DNA from: Antedon mediterranea
Lineage: Eukaryota > Animalia > Echinodermata
Reading direction: 5' to 3'
DNA: 64,000 bases
NCBI RefSeq assembly: GCF_964355755.1
Contig: NC_092671.1
Coordinates: forward strand, 39,256,304 to 39,320,303
Made by a program: the position numbers and the translations under genes. A model generated the notes under the pieces. The model was not told the origin of the DNA. It saw only the letters and a list, made by a program, of their open reading frames with translations, and ran no database searches. Below, piece by piece: positions 59,383 to 64,000 of the stretch (the stretch's first letter is position 1; each line of letters opens with the position of its first letter).

Positions 59383-61826
59383 AGCGTGGTTCCCACTAGA
59401 ACGCAACGCAACGTAACGCAGCGACGTATCGACGCGAAGTGATATATTGCGTAATCGCAAGTGGGAACCGACGATGCAATCAGGTTTGATTTCACGCAGG
59501 CGGGGCACAAACACAATTATTGGAAGAGCATTTTGCTTACGTTGCGTAGATTGCCTTACGTTGCGTCGCTAGTGGGAACCACGCTTTAATTATCCAGTTT
59601 TACGGAACGGAAGACTGCACCGGTAAAAACCAGTGTTTCAAACATTTCTGACAGCCGCGGAAGAAATGTGATGACGATTTCGTTTATTATTCATCCTGAA
59701 CAGATGAAGATGTTTAAACATACATCTTAAAGCTCTGTTCACACTACCAAAAAATGTGATGTTTTGTTGTAGTTTGATAGGTAAAGCTTTTGATACTATA
59801 ATATGTACCTGTACTTCAACATGATTATCTTTAAAGCATGGTTCCCACTAGCAACGCAACGTAACGCAATCTACGCAACGTAAGCAAATGCCCTTCTAAT
59901 AATTGTGTTTGCCCCGCTTGCGTGAAATCAAACCTACGATATTTGCAGCACTATTGCGTCGTCGGTTCCCACTTGTGATTACGCAATACAGCACTTTGCA
60001 CCGATACGTCGCTGCGTTGCGTCGCTAGTGGGAACCGAGCTTTATTAGTTGAATAGTGTGTAGTGTATTTATATTATCATATTCATCTTAACACGATTCA
60101 TACTAAAGCTTGGTTCCCACTAGAATGTAACGCAAGGACGTAAACGCAACGCAAGCGTTTTAACCAATGACAAGCGAAGTTATAGACAGTTAGCAATCAC
60201 AAGCGAATTAAGCCATCGCTTGTGATTAGTCAATTCACTTGCGTTGCGTTACGTCCTTGTGTTGCGTCGCTAGTGGGAACCACGCTTAAAGAAAAGGTTA
60301 TGTTGAAAACAAAATTATAATGTGCAAGGAGGAGGTGTTTGTGAACTTATATCGAGGCTTTACGCCTGTAAAGCGTGGTTCCCTGCACTAGCGACGCAAC
60401 ACAAGGACGTAACGCAACGCAAGTGAATTGACCAATCACAAGCGATGGCTTATTCGCTTGTGATTGCTAACTGTCTATAACTTCGCTTGTCATTGGTTAA
60501 AACGCTTGCGTTGCGTTTACGTCCTTGCGTTACGTTTTAGTGGGAACCAAGCTTAAAAGGCAACGATACGTACACACAATAATCTATCCAAAATTGCAAA
60601 TAAAATGATAATTTAGTTATCAAAGGAATATAGATATTCAATTTCTTTTCGTTTCAGCGATTGATCCGCCATTGAAAGATTAGATTTTTGTGTTAAAATC
60701 AACGGCTGATAGCTAGCTTTATACGACCTGGAAATAGATGGAAAGAGAGCAGAATAGAAGAATGAAAACAATGAAAATCATTAAAGCAGGGAGAGATGAT
60801 TAAAGCGATTGCTTAAGTACTCTCAGTGGGCAATAAATGCACGCAAAGCTATGTAGAAGCTTATTCGTTTTCTTCTATACAAGCATGCAAATATTTTTTA
60901 TTATTCCAGGATGGCCTACTTTTACGAGATGGTTGGGGGCGCTCACGTCATGATAATTTATCTCTTTGAATCTGTCCGTATGACATCACTTGCTCGTTAC
61001 TATTCAAAACGTCTATAAAGCTCGGTCTCTATACACTATCAAACTAGTTTGACAAAAAAGAGTGATATGCTCAAATATGTTAGTGATATGTTCAAATATG
61101 GTAGTGATATTACATAGTCATGTCCATATATGGGCACATCACATTGTTGTCACATAAAGTTTGATAGTGTAAACAGAGCTTTAGAAAACACTACTTCAAC
61201 TTCTACTAGGACCTACTCCTACTACGACGTTTTGTTCAAACTAGTTTGATAGTGTGGACAGAGCTTTAGATGGCGACTCTGACGACCCACTTGCTATGAC
61301 AGTACGTTACCAGACGACTCAATTAATTGTAATTATGCCACAAATTTTGTCTTTAATTTGATTTTATAATATCAATACAACGTTTTTCATTAGTAATAAA
61401 TATGCTTACGTCATAAATATTAGGTTGCACCAACATCTTTTGTTGTTTTGATTCCTGTCTCTAATTTTGTCTGTATAGAGAATAAAGTTCGTGCAACGAG
61501 TTCACGCATTTGACGCAAAACAGCTATTGTGTTTCCGTAAGCGTGGTTCCCACTATAGAACGCAACACAGCGACGTATCGACGCAAAGTGCTGTATTGCA
61601 TAATCACAAGTGGGAACCGACGACGCAATAGTGCTGCAAACATCGCAGGTTTGATTTCACGCAGGCGGGGGCAAACACAATTATTAGAAGGGCATTTTCT
61701 TATGTTGCGTAGATTGCGTTACGTATGCGCTAGTGGGAACCACGCTACTTGTGATTACGCAATACAGCACTCTGCGTCGATACGTCGCTGCGTTACGTTA
61801 CGTTACGCTTTAGTGGGAACCACGCT
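59383..61826. mobile_element. Cluster of five family B Harbinger-like MITEs (two subfamilies)
   Basis: Copies at 59383-59585, 59835-60041, 60107-60286, 60372-60553 and 61540-61826, all with agc(g/t/a)tggttccc..ctag TIRs and TAA/TTA-type flanks. Confidence 0.85.
61019..61180. mobile_element. MITE family A copy
   Basis: TAA-agctcggtct..acactatcaaac...gtttgatagtgtaaacagagct-TTA. Confidence 0.8.
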
Positions 61827-64000
61827 TTATGTTCAATATTAGGCTTACATTAGTAAATGGATAAATTAGTGCAACGGGGTAAGAATGCATACGGTATCTA
61901 CGAAATAGGCCGAATTCTGTTCGTTTATACATACCATCAGACGACGACTAGCCGCTAGAATTAATCAACTAAGGGTTTAGATTTAATTGGCATTTTAATC
62001 ATTTCTCAATGAACATTTTTTTTTAAATTCTATACATACAAACTGGGTATCCGGCTACTGTGACGTAATCATGACGTATATAACAACATACGCTGGATCA
62101 TGATTGATGTAGCGTATACAAAGCTACTACACAGACCGTTCTCATGATTGATGTTTTCACAATCAATCTATCGAATATTCGGTTGTATGACAAATTATGG
62201 CTTGGTTAATTACCGTAGCGGTGTCCTCTTTACTCACGGAATACGATCGATATCGTCGCTGCAAATATACATATGATTATGTCCTTTTCATTGAAGCCGC
62301 ATTAATTATATTATGAGAACTGCTGGTCAGTCTATATGAAAATAAAAAGAGGAAAAGAGTTATTTTATTCGCAAATTGTGGGGGAAAGTAGGATGGGCAC
62401 TTTAATACCACTATTTATGAGGATGGTTATCCAACGCACAAAATGTTTCTGTCTACACTATCGAACTTTATGTGACAAAAAAAATGTGATGGACATAGTT
62501 CCTACCAATTCTATTATTGTTTATTTCTTGTAATTTTGTATTTTTTGGTGTCAGTGGGTTTCCTGCTGCTGTAGTTATCAATGGTATTGTAGTTACTGTA
62601 GTTGAATTGTTTTGACATTTTGACCTACGTAGACTTTTTATTGTAATTGTTACTTTCTATATCTTGTTGTTTATTTTTTTTTTACATTTCTTTTGGATGC
62701 ACCTTCCATTTGGTCGAGTGCCACTCGTTCTACTTATAGTGTCAACACCGAATTTTCTAGTATTTGTATATACTGTATAATATTTTTTTTTTCAAAAGAA
62801 CAATTAGTTTCTGTATCTGATATATAAACATTTAAACATAAAATGTTAAGTTGGACCGTTTACACGATCGAGAAAACCGCGTCTGGATCACATCTTCCAA
62901 AAAAGTTAAAATGACATCCCTTTTTGTCGAGTAGCGCTAAATGGTCGTTCCGACTGACTTGACAAACTAAGTAAAGAGATAAGCACATAGGCTGGTATTG
63001 TTACACAACCGATCAATACTGTATAACGAATAATCCTATTGTGTTTATATTTAGTGTCTTAGAGCGTCGTCGTTACCCATAGCAACAGTGTTTAGGTCGC
63101 TCATTACACTATTTTTGTAATCATTAGGACTCACATGTAAATAAGTTACATAGGTGTAAGCAGTGGAATACCAATGAAGACATGATCTCGGCAAATATAT
63201 GAAAATAAGAATTACTGTAGTGGAGTTATTCTCAACATACTGTACCTGGATTTAATACGACATGACATCCGTTATAACCCCCAACTTGTCAACGCCGGTA
63301 GGAGGCATGGGTGGCGGTGTGGGCCACTTTTATCGCGAACACCAAGGAGTTGATAACTTGTCAAGAAACTTTAAATCTAGTGAATTATTTACACCATTTC
63401 AAGTTCCACAAAGATCAACGGTTTCTGATACAAGGTAAATAAACATTATTTGTTGATCTTTTAGTGTTTAAGGTTTTGGAAGCCACTGAGAGCCAATATA
63501 ACATATGAACGTCCACTTTAGTTTTAGGTCTACAGTTAATAATAACAGGTAAGAATATGAAACATAGCATAACATAAAAATGGTCAAATTGCCGCTGCAC
63601 ACGCGGGGATGACTTGGGCCTGGTGCACCCCTCCCATTCTACACTATCAAACTTTATGCGACATATCTGTGCCATATTTAGACACATCACATTTTTTTTG
63701 GTCAAACTATGATAGTGTGGACAGAGCTTCAAGTCATCAAAATCACGTATCATGAAATGTTGTTTTCATTGCTTACTGTAAGTTTGTTAAGACTAATACA
63801 AGGCAATAATCATTTTGCCATTAACCCAATGCTCATCAATGAATGCGATAATATCATTGTTTTATACAAATGATTGGATAATAAAGTGCAGTGCCTATCT
63901 ATGTGACCGGACCAGATTAGTACGCCTACCCAGACACATAGTTGTCAGAGGTCATACCTACCTATATTATTTCTTCAAGTCAAATTAAATTTGGTATTTA

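Overview
AT-rich animal genomic DNA with GT-AG introns; gene and transposon content suggest an invertebrate deuterostome such as an echinoderm, which cannot be confirmed from the sequence alone. Two minus-strand genes are present. One is a 16-exon, 47-kb PDE11A-like dual-GAF cyclic-nucleotide phosphodiesterase (57335..10224); I rebuilt its exon chain by hand with consistent phases (2670 nt, 889 aa). The other is a TRIM gene with a single coding exon (RING, two B-boxes, coiled coil, filamin, NHL; 3940..1613) whose NHL tail is interrupted. Introns and flanks are full of non-autonomous elements: two Harbinger/Tourist-like MITE families, Kolobok-like, MULE-like and Tc1/mariner-like MITEs, tRNA-SINEs, a Helentron-like element and minisatellites. 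The most notable observations are: (1) a TA-microsatellite-embedded cassette at 35.9-36.7 kb holding a well-paired tRNA-like gene with an ATC anticodon in a tandem plus inverted arrangement, a hammerhead-like core abutting the tRNA, and a Penelope-type minimal hammerhead; (2) tiny hairpins with 7-bp target duplications that look like P-superfamily excision footprints, one adding 10 aa in frame inside the TRIM B-box; (3) a precise Helitron-in-LINE-in-SINE nest; (4) minisatellites that create arrays of splice signals; (5) a PDE11A with a degenerate GAF-A and Phe in place of the Trp seen in vertebrate PDE11A. No database searches were run, so family assignments rest on recalled motifs.
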